Source of the DNA: Hydrolagus affinis
Taxonomy: Eukaryota
DNA length: 64,000 bases
Assembly (NCBI GenBank): GCA_012026655.1
Contig: JAAILG010000005.1
Coordinates: forward strand, 1-64,000
Reading direction: 5' to 3'
The notes below the pieces were generated by a model. The model was not told the origin of the DNA and made no database searches. It worked only from the letters and a program-made list of their open reading frames with translations. The first letter of the stretch is position 1; every line of letters begins with the position of its first letter. Positions 13,698 through 24,885 of the stretch are shown in pieces. Both the position numbers and the translations under genes were made by a program.

Positions 13698-14449
13698 TGA
13701 GTATACTGTGTTGTGCTCAGCTCTATACCACTCCCCACCAAAGGCAATTCACAAGCTTTGAAAATAAGGGTTTAGTTCCATTTTTAAAACCTCCATAAAC
13801 ATTTTTTATTATTTTCTTAGTGCAAGAGAATTAGTAGGCAGCTACCAAAGCAGTACAATATTTAAGCATTTCAATATTTGTGATGCAGCTGAAATCAAGT
13901 TTATTTTGAGGGAGGGGGTTAAGTTAGTACTGTATTTATATATAAATATATATATATACAATCTTCCCAATTATTTTAAAACCAAACTCAGCATCTAATA
14001 GGTAATGTAGAAAATATTGAAGTCTAACTTACCTAATGATAGATAAAATTAGAAGCAGCCTGGTGAGGAAACGGATTTCATGAAGTTTGGTGAAGTTCTT
14101 CTTCACCAAACTCCAATTAAATGCCGAACATTGAGTTAAAACTGCAATGTTCTATGTTTGAGTGACATACGATATGTATCTCATGTCCTTATAACTTTCT
14201 GAAGATACTTTAAAAAAACAAACTCCAGATTGTTTAAAAATATGGGTCAGATCAAAGAATGGACAATGAAAGGTTACATTTATAATGAAAAACTAGCGGG
14301 AGCACTAAAGAAACAGGCCCTTTCACACTGGGGAATTTCTCACAGATACCATGACAATCATTCAAAAATGAGGTTATTCAACAGATGTAACCTAACAGCA
14401 GTGAAACGCCAAATAAATTATTTCCACACCAGTGAAAACAATAAAGGCT

Positions 14450-14525
14450 AGTAATTCTATCACATGCGAACTGTGTGATCCAACAATTAATTGTTGGATC
14501 ACACAGTTCACTTGATAGAATTACT
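14450..14525. repeat. Long palindrome (perfect 42-bp core plus 13-bp outer arms)
   Basis: GAACTGTGTGATCCAACAATT|AATTGTTGGATCACACAGTTC at 14468-14509, flanked by AGTAATTCTATCA / TGATAGAATTACT. Confidence 0.95.
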
Positions 14526-15088
14526 TAACAATAATATAGGACATTTGTGGCCCTTCTAAAACAAAGAGTTCACACTGATAGTCTCTTATCCCCTTTTCTA
14601 AATACAGTACTTGATCAATGGCAAAAATGGCAGGGGAAGGAACTGAAAATTAAGTTAGAATTGTTACTATATAATTTATGGAAGCTGTACTGCAGTTTTC
14701 AAATTATTCTAGATAACGAATTATATTGTATTCTCATGAACTTTTGTTAATTTAATATGAAGTAAAATAGACTTTAAAGATTTTAAAAAGATAAAATTCT
14801 CAATTTGTTAAATTTACTCAAGGAAAAGCACAAGTCACACTTTTTTGCCATGCAAATGTTTTTAAGCCCATATTTAAAATGTACGTTAATTTAAACTACA
14901 AAGGATTACTATTATTAAATTATTAAATGCATCTGCACAGATCAGAGTTTAGAACCCTAAAATTATGATTCCTGGTTTAGATGGAATCTATTTTGTATTT
15001 CGATGCTAAAAGAAGACCAACATAATTTACTTTAGCAAAAATGATTTGAAAAGTCTGAGATCAGTGTTAGGGTCTTTTTTCATCTTAC

Positions 15089-15262
15089 CATCTTTACTAT
15101 CCATAGGTTTGGCTACATCCATTTCAAATCCTTCATGTACCCTTTGACCCCGAAAAGACTGGAGGTGTTCACCCTCAATCAGATTGCTGTCTTCTTCTTC
15201 CAAAGGCTGCCATGTCCCATCGATAAACCACTGGCCACGCATCACTGGAATCGTATCCACTT
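15089..15262 (-). CDS. DDHD1: DDHD1 exon 2 (174 nt, phase 1-1)
   Basis: Encodes VDTIPVMRGQWFIDGTWQPLEEEDSNLIEGEHL...SKD. Acceptor tttgcag|, donor |gtaaga. Confidence 0.95.
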
Positions 15263-18200
15263 CTGCAAAGTTGAAATACAGGTTATAGCTAGTATATTAA
15301 ACATTTAAAAGATATAAATGCCTGAGTCATGAGCACAATTAAGTGATAGGTGAATAACTGCATGTCCTGTGTACGTATGGAGAGTTCAACTTTGGCAACT
15401 AGGAATTGTTCGGGAGGGGGAAGGACTAAAATAGACTATTTTACTTTAGGTTTGACACTCTGCACACGCACAGCTCGTTGACCACCAAAAAGCTGTGTCA
15501 GTGAAAATCGACCAGAACAGAGTAAATCATTTAAACCACAAACAAAATGAACCATGTGAGACTACAAGCGGTTATCACTTTGCAGCCTACTTGATCATAA
15601 ACATAAATTTCTGTGAAAATATGACTCATGATAAGATCAGCACGCTTCTAATTTGATTTAGAAATTAGCAAGCCCTGTTTTAGTGTGCCAACTGTATTTT
15701 AATTACAAGCAATATGGGAAATGTTTTCTAAAATATAAAAATAACATTGGACACGATCTTCTCCACTCTCTGCTTTTCACATCTCCAAACCCTTTCTCAT
15801 TCCCAGGTTTGATTCCATGCAGAGTAGTGTTGAATAGATGGAAAACACTCACATCAACTGAAGCTCAATCCATCACATAAAACTTTAATGCCCATTTTTC
15901 TTTGCATGCTAGGCACAGTAGCATATGTTTAGAATCAGGAAACTCAGACCCTGAGAGAATTTTGTTTTGTTTGGAGCACATTTGTTTCCTCTCACACACT
16001 ATTTGTATTGTTCCCCTTCCTTGGAGCATTTCTGTTCATTGTACCAGTAGGAAGGGGGAAGGGAGAGGAAAAGGAAAACCGTTAAAAGAGATGTGGTGAG
16101 TCAGCTTGGTTCAGCTGGTAGCACTCCGGCACTTTGGGTCAGAAGTTTCTGTTGTTCAAGCTCCGCATTGGAACTTGAGGTCATCAGATACTGACATAAG
16201 GAGACGCTACAAAAATACAAGTTCTTTCTCATCTTCACTGGGGACATCTTCATCTTCCAGAACAAAAACCATGGGTGAATTCCCCCCAGGATTACACTGC
16301 TTAACACAGCATCGATCTGGGTTCATTCACATGGTTAACCCTATAGTTACGTTTGATTGAATGCATCAGACTGTATATTTATTCTGTACATTTATTCACT
16401 TGTCCATTGGAGGCCCTTTTATGAATCTCGTACAAAATTGGATAAATTTGATGGATTTCCTTTAAGATATCGATCAGTGATATTTTAGTAATGGATCACT
16501 ATTATCAATCTTAATAGTTTTAAAACCACTGCATAGGAAGGGATTAGATCACAATGACAACAATTTAATAAGATTTTGGAGCTGCCAGGTTACCAAGCTA
16601 TCAGGCATCACAAACAGAAGGGCCATGTCTTGCAAGATGATGCAACAAATTACTCGACTAGTAAAGCTGATAGACCACTGAGCAGGCACAAATACTAGCA
16701 TTCATTGCTGACCACAACAAATTTAGTTGATCATGTGACACTCAAACATTATAAATGTACGCACGTATGAGGTTGATCAAATTCTCTGGAAGCATTTAGC
16801 AGATCATATATGGATTTTTTTTTATTACTCTCCCAAACCAATTTCCTGACCAATGTCAGCATAAAAAATTAATGTAGAACACAGGATTTGTACTTGTAAT
16901 ATTAGCACAATGAACACTGCACAAAATCTCATTTGACCCTGCCCATCAAGGATAGAATCTGAGCATTTACCTTCTGGTGTGAATTCAGGTCATTGATGGT
17001 TTTTCATCTGTTGGTTACAGGCAAACTGTGGTTGCAGAATTGGAATGAAATTACCCAAATCAATTTCATTTCAAATTTTCACAACACACAGTTCTATCAA
17101 TCTGAGGCAGGTGGACGTTTGCTGACAAATATCAAAATCAGAAACCAGCACGCCTAGATGGGAGTATCATTTTCTTTCAAATGATGGGTGTACTAAATAA
17201 TAGTCAACTGCTGTATATTGAGATGAACTCAAATTTATAACTATGCACAATTTTAGGGTTATGAATGACAAGCTACAAAAGTTAAAACATTTGAACCCCA
17301 GGTTTCAAATCATCCCTTTATTTTAATCTTTTAAAGAGCAGGGGCAATATTTATTTAAAAATGAATCTTGCCATTGCCATCAGGTACCATACCATAAATA
17401 ATGGAAGGAATTTAGAAAAGGGCAACAACAACAAATTACATTTGTATAGCACCTTTCACGTCAGGAGGATGTCCCATGGTGCCAAATACCCATTGGTTGG
17501 TGTCAAAGCCTTAATGGTCTTATTGCATTGGACTCTAGCAGACATTGATTTGAAAATTTAGGTTTTAGCTGGAACTTTAAATAAGATTTTTCTGTAGTAT
17601 TCATCTCCTTTTCTCAATAGTGCACTTGTTCAACAATCAACCCACTTTTAATAATATCTATTAAGGGTGATGCAGTACACCACATTCACGTCAAGCTTCA
17701 ATAACCCCCCCAAAAAAAAATGTGTGAGAAAGAGTGAGAGAGAGGAGGGGAAAAGAGAGAACAAGCCAGACGGTCACCCACAGCTGGATGAATGATTTTG
17801 AACCTGGAGCCGAGCTTGATACCCTGCACCATAATCCAGGCTCAGCATTTGAATCCACAAGTGGATTTAGCAGAGCTACCCCATTTATACTGGTAAGTAA
17901 TTTCACTAAATACTGCACTAACAGTACTTAAACGTCCACACATCCGCACTTGTGTGTACTGTCACAACTTTGCTGAAATGTGTCTATAAGACTCCTGGCA
18001 ATGAAAGCTACCCAAAATGGGTACGGTCAACATCAATCCATAGTGACAAAGAGCAGTCTTACTTACTGCAATGGAATTGGATTGGTTATAACAATAGATG
18101 TGTTTAATTTTTAGATGTCAAGACAGGTGACTGCTATTCCACCACAGATGTCTTTGGCATGTCTGTAATTACAGGACAGTGATCGTCACATTGACAGATC

Positions 18201-18319
18201 AGTGAGCCAGCTTTGTTTCTGAAAACGAAACCACTTGTTGCTACAACACTGGTTTATTTTTCCATCTGTTTCTCAATTAATTCTATACTTTTAAGAAAGG
18301 ACACTAGTATTACACAGGT

Positions 18320-18580
18320 GTTACCGGGAATTTGAAGCAAGTTCATCTCACAACTGAACATCGAGAATTAAGTCAGGAAGTATTTCTTCACACAGAGGGT
18401 TGAGAAGATGTGGAATGCTCTGGCCCACAAAGGCAGAGATATATTTGGGTAGTAGATATTAAGACATATAGAGAAAGGGCAGCACATTAGGTTAAAAGAT
18501 CTGTAAAGATTTGATAAATGGGTGAAATGGTACAGCACAAAAGCCATTCAATGGCTGAATCGACTTCCTCTGTTCTATAC
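18320..18580 (+). mobile_element. CR1 LINE 3' end
   Basis: Encodes RKYFFTQRVEKMWNAL, followed by a CR1-type 3'UTR (GGCTGAAT..CCTCTGTTCTAT). Confidence 0.75.
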
Positions 18581-20046
18581 TATTTTATCCTCTGGGTAAA
18601 TTTATGCTTAAGCAAATATCCCACAGTATATCAGCACCATGGGGTTAGCAAGGCTATGGTTTATTTGAATAATTCCTTTTGAGCTTACAAATTGCAACGA
18701 TGGAGCCAATTACAATCTCTATACTGGAAGCAATGTCAGCAATAATTTCCAGCATTATTGTCAGTTAAACAAAGCTGAGGTGGGTTGATAGTCAACATAT
18801 GGTTGATGATATGAATAAATAAAAACAAACCTGTTCTTTTACACAATTACAAAACGTGTTTTCTTCTCATCCCCAAAATATTCTGAGATCCAAAGTGGCT
18901 CAATATACTTGAACAATTGAATTTTTTTTAAACAAAGACAGTTCAGAGATGTCTACAAGATTAGAAATCCCAGATAAAAATTGCAACTGCAATTCATAAA
19001 TTTTTCAGTGCAGTTACTAAAGACGTGCAGTATTCTAGTATACTGCAAACAATTTAATTGCTCACTCGGAGAGCTTTCAACATTCATTGAAAGCCAATTT
19101 ACTGAAGTAAAATAAAACGATTTCCACAAAACCACTTGTATTATTAACAGCAATTGAATAGCACTATTACACTATCCAAAGTTAAAGATGATCATGGATC
19201 ATGACACCATGGATTTCAACCTTTACTTGAAGTGGCAACTTGAAAATAATTACCTTTGTGAGTGCATGACTAAAAAAAATTAAACCAAGAGACTTGTGTA
19301 TGGATGGAGAACTATGCGCAATAGAAATGAACAGAATAAATAGGCCCACGTATTGTGAAGACTTTTCAAATTAAACACCAAGTAGTTCAGCAACTTCAAA
19401 TCCACTGCAGGTCCCACTTCATTGAATTGCCATTTCATTTTTGATACCCACGAAGCAGAAAACCATCAGGAGAGAAAGAGATAAAATATCTGCAACCAAT
19501 ATAATTCTGTAAAATAATGTGTAAATGAAACTGATAAAAGGAATGGGTTAAATCAAGTACAGTATAATCCTTGCATTTGATATGCGTTTCAAATTGAGAG
19601 AATGTTCTAAAGGTGATAATCTGAGACTATTTGTCACACTTTGAGTCAGGAAGGTTATGGGTTCAATAACTCATATAATCACTAATCCCACATCAACACA
19701 AACAATATTTTAATTATTATCAATACTTTGAATTCCGAGACTAGTTTGACACTCCAGTGCAATGTTGGGATGAGTGCTGAGTTGTCAGAAGTACAAACTG
19801 AGTTCCACCGAATGTACCTAGTGTATTTGGTGTAGCACTTTGAGCCATCTCAACAATGCGACAAAGCGCTATACTGTATATCAAACGCAAGGATTATTAT
19901 TACCGTTACATGTAGGGATGGTATACATTGTGGGATTGTAAGATTAACTGCAAAATAGTGATTGTGTTCAGGATTTACTGTGAAATTGTGGCTGTGTGAT
20001 TCATTAACCATCCTTGCATTTGATATAGTGCCTTACACCACACCTT

Positions 20047-20545
20047 GGGAGTCCTGTAGCTCAGTGGTTACAGCACTCGCCTCGCAAGCGAGAGACCTGG
20101 GTTCAATTCCAGACAGGGCGAAACCTCAAGCAAGTTTCCATGCTCCACACGCCTAATAATAATACTCGCTCCAAAAATAATAAATAAATAAATTGGTCGT
20201 TTCAATCCGTGATTGTTTGTGGGACGGATACTGTTGTGCGCAATTGGCTGCTGCGTTTCGCCTACAAGGAGTCTTGTAGCTCAGTGGTTAGAGCATTCGC
20301 GTTACAAGCGTGAGACCTGTATTCGAATCCAGGCACATCTAATAATAATCCCTAAAAAAAACACCACAATAATAAAATTGGTTATTTCAATCCACTACTG
20401 TGGATACGCTGCTGTGCGCAATCAGCTGACGCGTTTGGCCCACAAATACACAGTCCATTCACTTTACAGTCTATTCTGTGAAGCGCTTTGAGACGTCTAG
20501 AAAACGCGAAAAACTCTACATCAAAAGCAAGGATTATTATTATTA
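20047..20545 (+). mobile_element. Tandem pair of the young tRNA-SINE (3'-truncated copy plus full copy)
   Basis: Heads at 20047 and 20268; a single tail ends at 20545. Confidence 0.9.
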
Positions 20546-20699
20546 CAAAATGTACAGTCTATTCTGTGAAGGAATTGCTTTCGAGACGTTTAGAGAGAGA
20601 GAGAGAATGAGAGAGAGAGAGAAAAAAGGGAACAACATTAAAATGGATTTTTTTAAAAAAAACAGTTAAAAGAGAGTTATTAACACAAGCAGCCTTGGC

Positions 20700-21950
20700 T
20701 GGCCAGGCTGCACTCACGCTGCCAGTAGACCGAGTAACATTGCTGCTCGACCACGTTCACCTCGTAAAGTCCACCCCGGACACACACCGAGGCCACGCTG
20801 GGCGACAGGCTCTCCTGCCTCTTCCCCTTGCCTTTGGCCTTCGCCGTCGCTATCTCCACCTGCTTCAGGTGGTCGCGGTACATGAGCTCGACCCGCAGCG
20901 AGTCGTAGCCGATGAAGGGCTTCCAGGTCTTCTTGTCCTCCTTGTAGAACCAACGCACCTCCTCGGAGCCCAGCTCACTCACCACCTCGTAACGGTGATG
21001 GCGGGTGCTGTGCGGACGGTTCAGTTTGCGGTCCACCGACAGGTCGCTCTCGCTGAAGAAGGCGTCGACCTCGGCCTCGGGGTACGTCAGCGACACCTCC
21101 GAGTCCGGGGTGAACAGGTCGAAGGAGTCGCTGGTGAGAGAGCGGTACATCTCCAGGCCCAGGTGTGAAGGAGGAGGAGGAGGCGGGGGTGGAGGGGGAG
21201 TGAGCGGAGACACCATGCCTGACTCTAGCTGTTGTTGCTGTTGTTTCTCGGCCTCCTTCTCCTTCTCCTCCATCCTCCGGCTCAGGTAACTGCGCCTCTC
21301 CGGCTCCGGGCTCACTCCGTCCGTTTGCTCAGGCGACCAGTCGCCGTCCATGGAGTCCGTGCTCCCCTTGTGTTGGAAGGCCACGTTTCGTTGCGGTTCC
21401 GAGTCCGCCTTGGGAGCGCTCATAGCCCCCCCACCTCCCCGCCAACGCCGCCGCCGCCGCCTGAACTGAACCGACTGCCCGCCCGCCTGGAGGAGTCAAC
21501 GGTGATGGCGAGAGGGTGAGGAGGGAGGTCAGGGCGCGGGTGTCCTCAGCTCCCTCCCCACCCCCACCTCTCCCCTCCCTCAGTAACGGCAGCAATGTGT
21601 GTCCCCCTCCTCCCCCCAACTCTGGTCTCTCTCTGTGTCCTCGTTCCCTCCCTCCTTTCCCTCCCTCTGTCTCCCTCACTCCTCCCTCCCTGCTTCTCCC
21701 TTACCCCCTCAACTCTCTCTGTCCCTTACCCCCTCACCCCTCTCTGTCCCTCGCTCCCTCCCTACCCGGAGTCACGCTTGGCTTCTCAGGGATGAGAGAG
21801 GAACAGCCCTAGGCCTCTCCACCGACTGACACTCTGTGTGTGTCTGCGATGGTCACAATCAGAGCATCGCCAGCAGCCGTCACCTGCCCCTGCCCTCCCC
21901 GACACCCGCGTCACAACGCGGCGCACGTCAGTCAGTCAGCCCCCGGGATA
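20700..21950. promoter_or_regulatory. CpG island / DDHD1 promoter and 5'UTR
   Basis: Sharp rise in GC and CpG over exon 1 and upstream. GGC repeats in the 5'UTR, a polypyrimidine tract at about 21550-21770, and CRE-like GCACGTCA near 21922. Confidence 0.85.
20718..21423 (-). CDS. DDHD1: DDHD1 phospholipase A1, coding exon 1 (ATG to phase-1 donor)
   Basis: ORF 20680-21423 contains VRWFYKEDKKTWKPFIGYDSLRVE and VCVRGGLYEV..CYSVYW, as in the DDHD1 N-terminus. Donor C|GTGAGT follows 20718. Length 706 nt gives phase 1. Poly-Q and poly-P tracts in the N-terminal part. Confidence 0.95.
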
Positions 21951-22345
21951 CAGAACAGCCTGCTTCACACTCACTCACTCACACACACACACAGCCTGCT
22001 CCACTCACTCACACACACACAGCCTGCTCCACTCACTCACACACACAGACTACTCCACTCTCACTCACACACAGCCTGCTCACACACACACAGCCTGCTC
22101 CACTCTCACTCACACACAGACTGCTCCACTCACTCACACAGACACACACACAGCTCCACTCACTCCCACAGAGACACACACACACAGACTACTCCACACT
22201 CACTCACACAGACACACACACACACAGCCTGTTCCTCTCACTCACACAGACACACATACAGCCTGCTCCTCTCATTGACACAGACCCACACACAGTGCTC
22301 CACTCACACACACACAGCCTGCTTCACTCACTCACTCACTCACTG
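21950..22345 (+). repeat. CA-rich degenerate minisatellite (unit about CACAGCCTGCTCCACTCACTCACACA)
   Basis: Many visible tandem variants; explains the His/Thr-rich spurious ORFs. Confidence 0.9.
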
Positions 22346-22660
22346 GCATGCTTCATGTCCGCTGCCCCTCCTCCCCCACCATTTGGCAGCAGGGCTTTCA
22401 ACCTCTCAGCTCCCATGATCTGGTCCTCCATCCCAGAGTCCCTTCACCTCACTCTTTTCCTCATTTCCTTGAAGATCCAAGACCTTGCTCTTTGACTGCA
22501 CCTTTGGTCATGTTCCCCCTACTCTCGGCCCCTCTTAGGTCTCTCCCCGACCCCTCCTGAATCCAAACTCCAGCTCAGATGCAAACGTTTGAGTGACCAG
22601 CGCCTTGGTCCTGATGACCCGTCGTGAATGTTGCTAAATAAATGCAATTTGTTGTTGTAA
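22345..22660 (+). mobile_element. L2 LINE 3' fragment
   Basis: GSRAFNLSAPMIWSSIPESL motif, then tail ATAAATGCAATTTGTTGTTG. Confidence 0.75.
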
Positions 22661-24204
22661 TATACGGAACACACACTGCCTCACATAATCAGTAACTCAC
22701 TAATTTACATACGGGTTGGTCCTACATACACTCATTCACTCGCATGCAAGTTGCTGCTCATGCACATGCGCTACGCTGGTTGAAAGCAGCACAACTCAGC
22801 ATAAAATGTACGAGAGCATTGCCAACATCCTCCTGACCATGTCATTGAGCAATGGCTCCATTGGTTAGAACCGGAGAGCTTCAGTAGCAGCTGCTGCCTA
22901 CCTCTTTGCGTACCAACGCTCTTGTTCTATTTATTAAACCAACAACCACATAAAAGCTGAATGTACAGTTATCATTTCCGTGGTGGCAAGCAACAGCAGT
23001 AGACTGGCCAAGTCTTCTTTGTTTCCAGTGCTGATAGACTGGGATAAAATTACTTCTTACCCCAATCCTTTCATTTCTGATATTAATGCTGATTGCACTG
23101 CAGCAAAAGCTCAACTGGCAAGCTTCCCATCCATTTCTCCAGCAACCTTCTGATCATCTTAAGACATTTGACTGCTTTCAATGGAATGCTGTCTTCATGA
23201 AGAAAATGGGGGTAACCTTGTTTTATTTAACATGTTAAGCTCGCAATCATTGCATCAGTGGGCCTTGACATCACTATGAATAAAATGCAATTTGTTTTTT
23301 GCCAAATGTTTTTCCATAAAGTTATCCCTCTATTTTAATTTCCATTTTCCTATATGCACTAGCACACTAATGACTGAACTATCATCATTTATCTTTACAC
23401 AACACTGCCTATTCTGAAAGCTGGTGTTGTAATTTGTTTAGGGAATTCTGTGCTTATTTCTTCAAATCACCTCGTAATTCTCAATGTGTATTAGCTAGTA
23501 AGTTCAATCTTCACTTTTTGTTCTACCTTATGTAATTTTTTTCACAAAGTTAATAAATATTTCATGGAGGCACATTTCATTCAGCCCTAACTGATGTGAC
23601 CACATCCACTAGAGCTAATTGCTTTAATCCCCTGCTACAAAAACCCAGCTTCAAATCTGAACCTTTTATATTCTTCCTCTTCAAATATTTATTTTCCATT
23701 TTCAGGTCATGCCTGAAGACCCTTCTGTTCGACCTATGATCACCCTCCCCTTCATCCGGGCTCTACTATTGTGAAGCGCTCTGAGATGTCGTATGGCGTG
23801 GAGGGCGCGATATAAATCCAAGTTGTTGTTGTTATCATCAGCTTACACTTTACCATTTAGATTATTTGCATTTAAATACCTCGATAGCAAGACAGAAACC
23901 CATTGCGATGAAGTTTTGTTGCTGCCAACTGTTTTCTGTGATGGCATACAATGACTGCCCAATTCACTGCCGCATTTCGTCCACAAAATGTACATCAATT
24001 CATTTTACAATATACTCCGTGACGCACTTTGAGACATGATAAGGTGCTATATCAAATGCAAGCATTATTATTATTTCAAAGCCTGAATTCTAAATTAACG
24101 TATTGTACCTGTCAATCAAAAATGTCACAGTATAACCTCAGACAAGAACCTTTTCATGCAATTAAAAGCAACAATGTGCATTTATATAGCATTCTTCATT
24201 AGGA

Positions 24205-24885
24205 GTGGAGTGCCTGTCTTGGAGTGCCTGTCTCTGCCACTACCTCACCCCTCAGGCCGCTGAAATCTTCAAACACGCGCTTATCACCTTAAGGCTCGAC
24301 GATGGCAACTTCCTCCTTGTCTGCCTCCCCAACTCTTCACTCCACAAACTTCAGATCATCCAAAACTCTGCAGTTCACATCCTCTCCCACACCAAGCTCC
24401 GTGACCCCATCACCTCCACCCTTACCCAGCTCCACTGGTTTCCCATCCCTTAGAGGATTGAATTCAAGATCCTCTTCCTCACCTTCAAGGCCCTCCACGG
24501 TATTGCCCCCTCCTACCTCTCTGATCTACTGACCCCTTATCAACCCGTCTGCTCCCTCTGTTTGGCATGCTCCTGCCTGCTCCATGTCTCTCGCCCGACC
24601 TGCCCTATCATCGATGGCTGGGCTTTCAGCCTCTCTGCCCCCAGACTTTGGAACTCCATCCCAGAATCTCTTTGCCTTGCTCCCTCCCTTGTCTCCTTCA
24701 AGACTGGTCTCAAGACTCACCTTTTCGACCGTGCCTTCAGCCATGAGCCTACCTCTCTGCCCTCCCCCCATCCCAACCCTGCCCCCTCCACGCCTCCCAT
24801 GCTCGGGTCCTGACCTGATTGCTCAGTGCCTTAGAAATTTTCCCGACGTGAAAGGAGCTCTACAAATGTAATTTTGTTGTTGTTA
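24205..24885 (+). mobile_element. L2 LINE 3' fragment (ORF2 C-terminus and tail)
   Basis: Encodes LQIIQNSAVHIL..LHWFPIP*RIEFKIL..AFSLSAPRLWNSIP..FKTGLKTHLF, the typical L2 C-terminus, ending in a (TTG)n tail. Confidence 0.92.

Noticed and set aside
16101-16360. ORFs in intron 1
   Set aside because: They overlap a degraded DeuSINE-type head; no DDHD1 similarity or suitable splice sites seen.
20047-20120. tRNA-like cloverleaf
   Set aside because: SINE head: it continues into the SINE body and tail, lacks a proper acceptor stem, and the anticodon varies between copies.
20695-21829. Overlapping ORFs antisense to or out of frame with DDHD1 exon 1
   Set aside because: Expected stop-poor shadow frames of a GC-rich exon and low-complexity promoter.
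21836-22495. Long His/Thr/Ser-rich ORFs (146-219 aa)
   Set aside because: Artefacts of the CA-rich minisatellite plus an L2 fragment, open in all three frames.
22700-23000. Possible divergent promoter (NRF1-like TGCACATGCGC, ATTGG)
   Set aside because: Motifs are imperfect and there is no transcript evidence.
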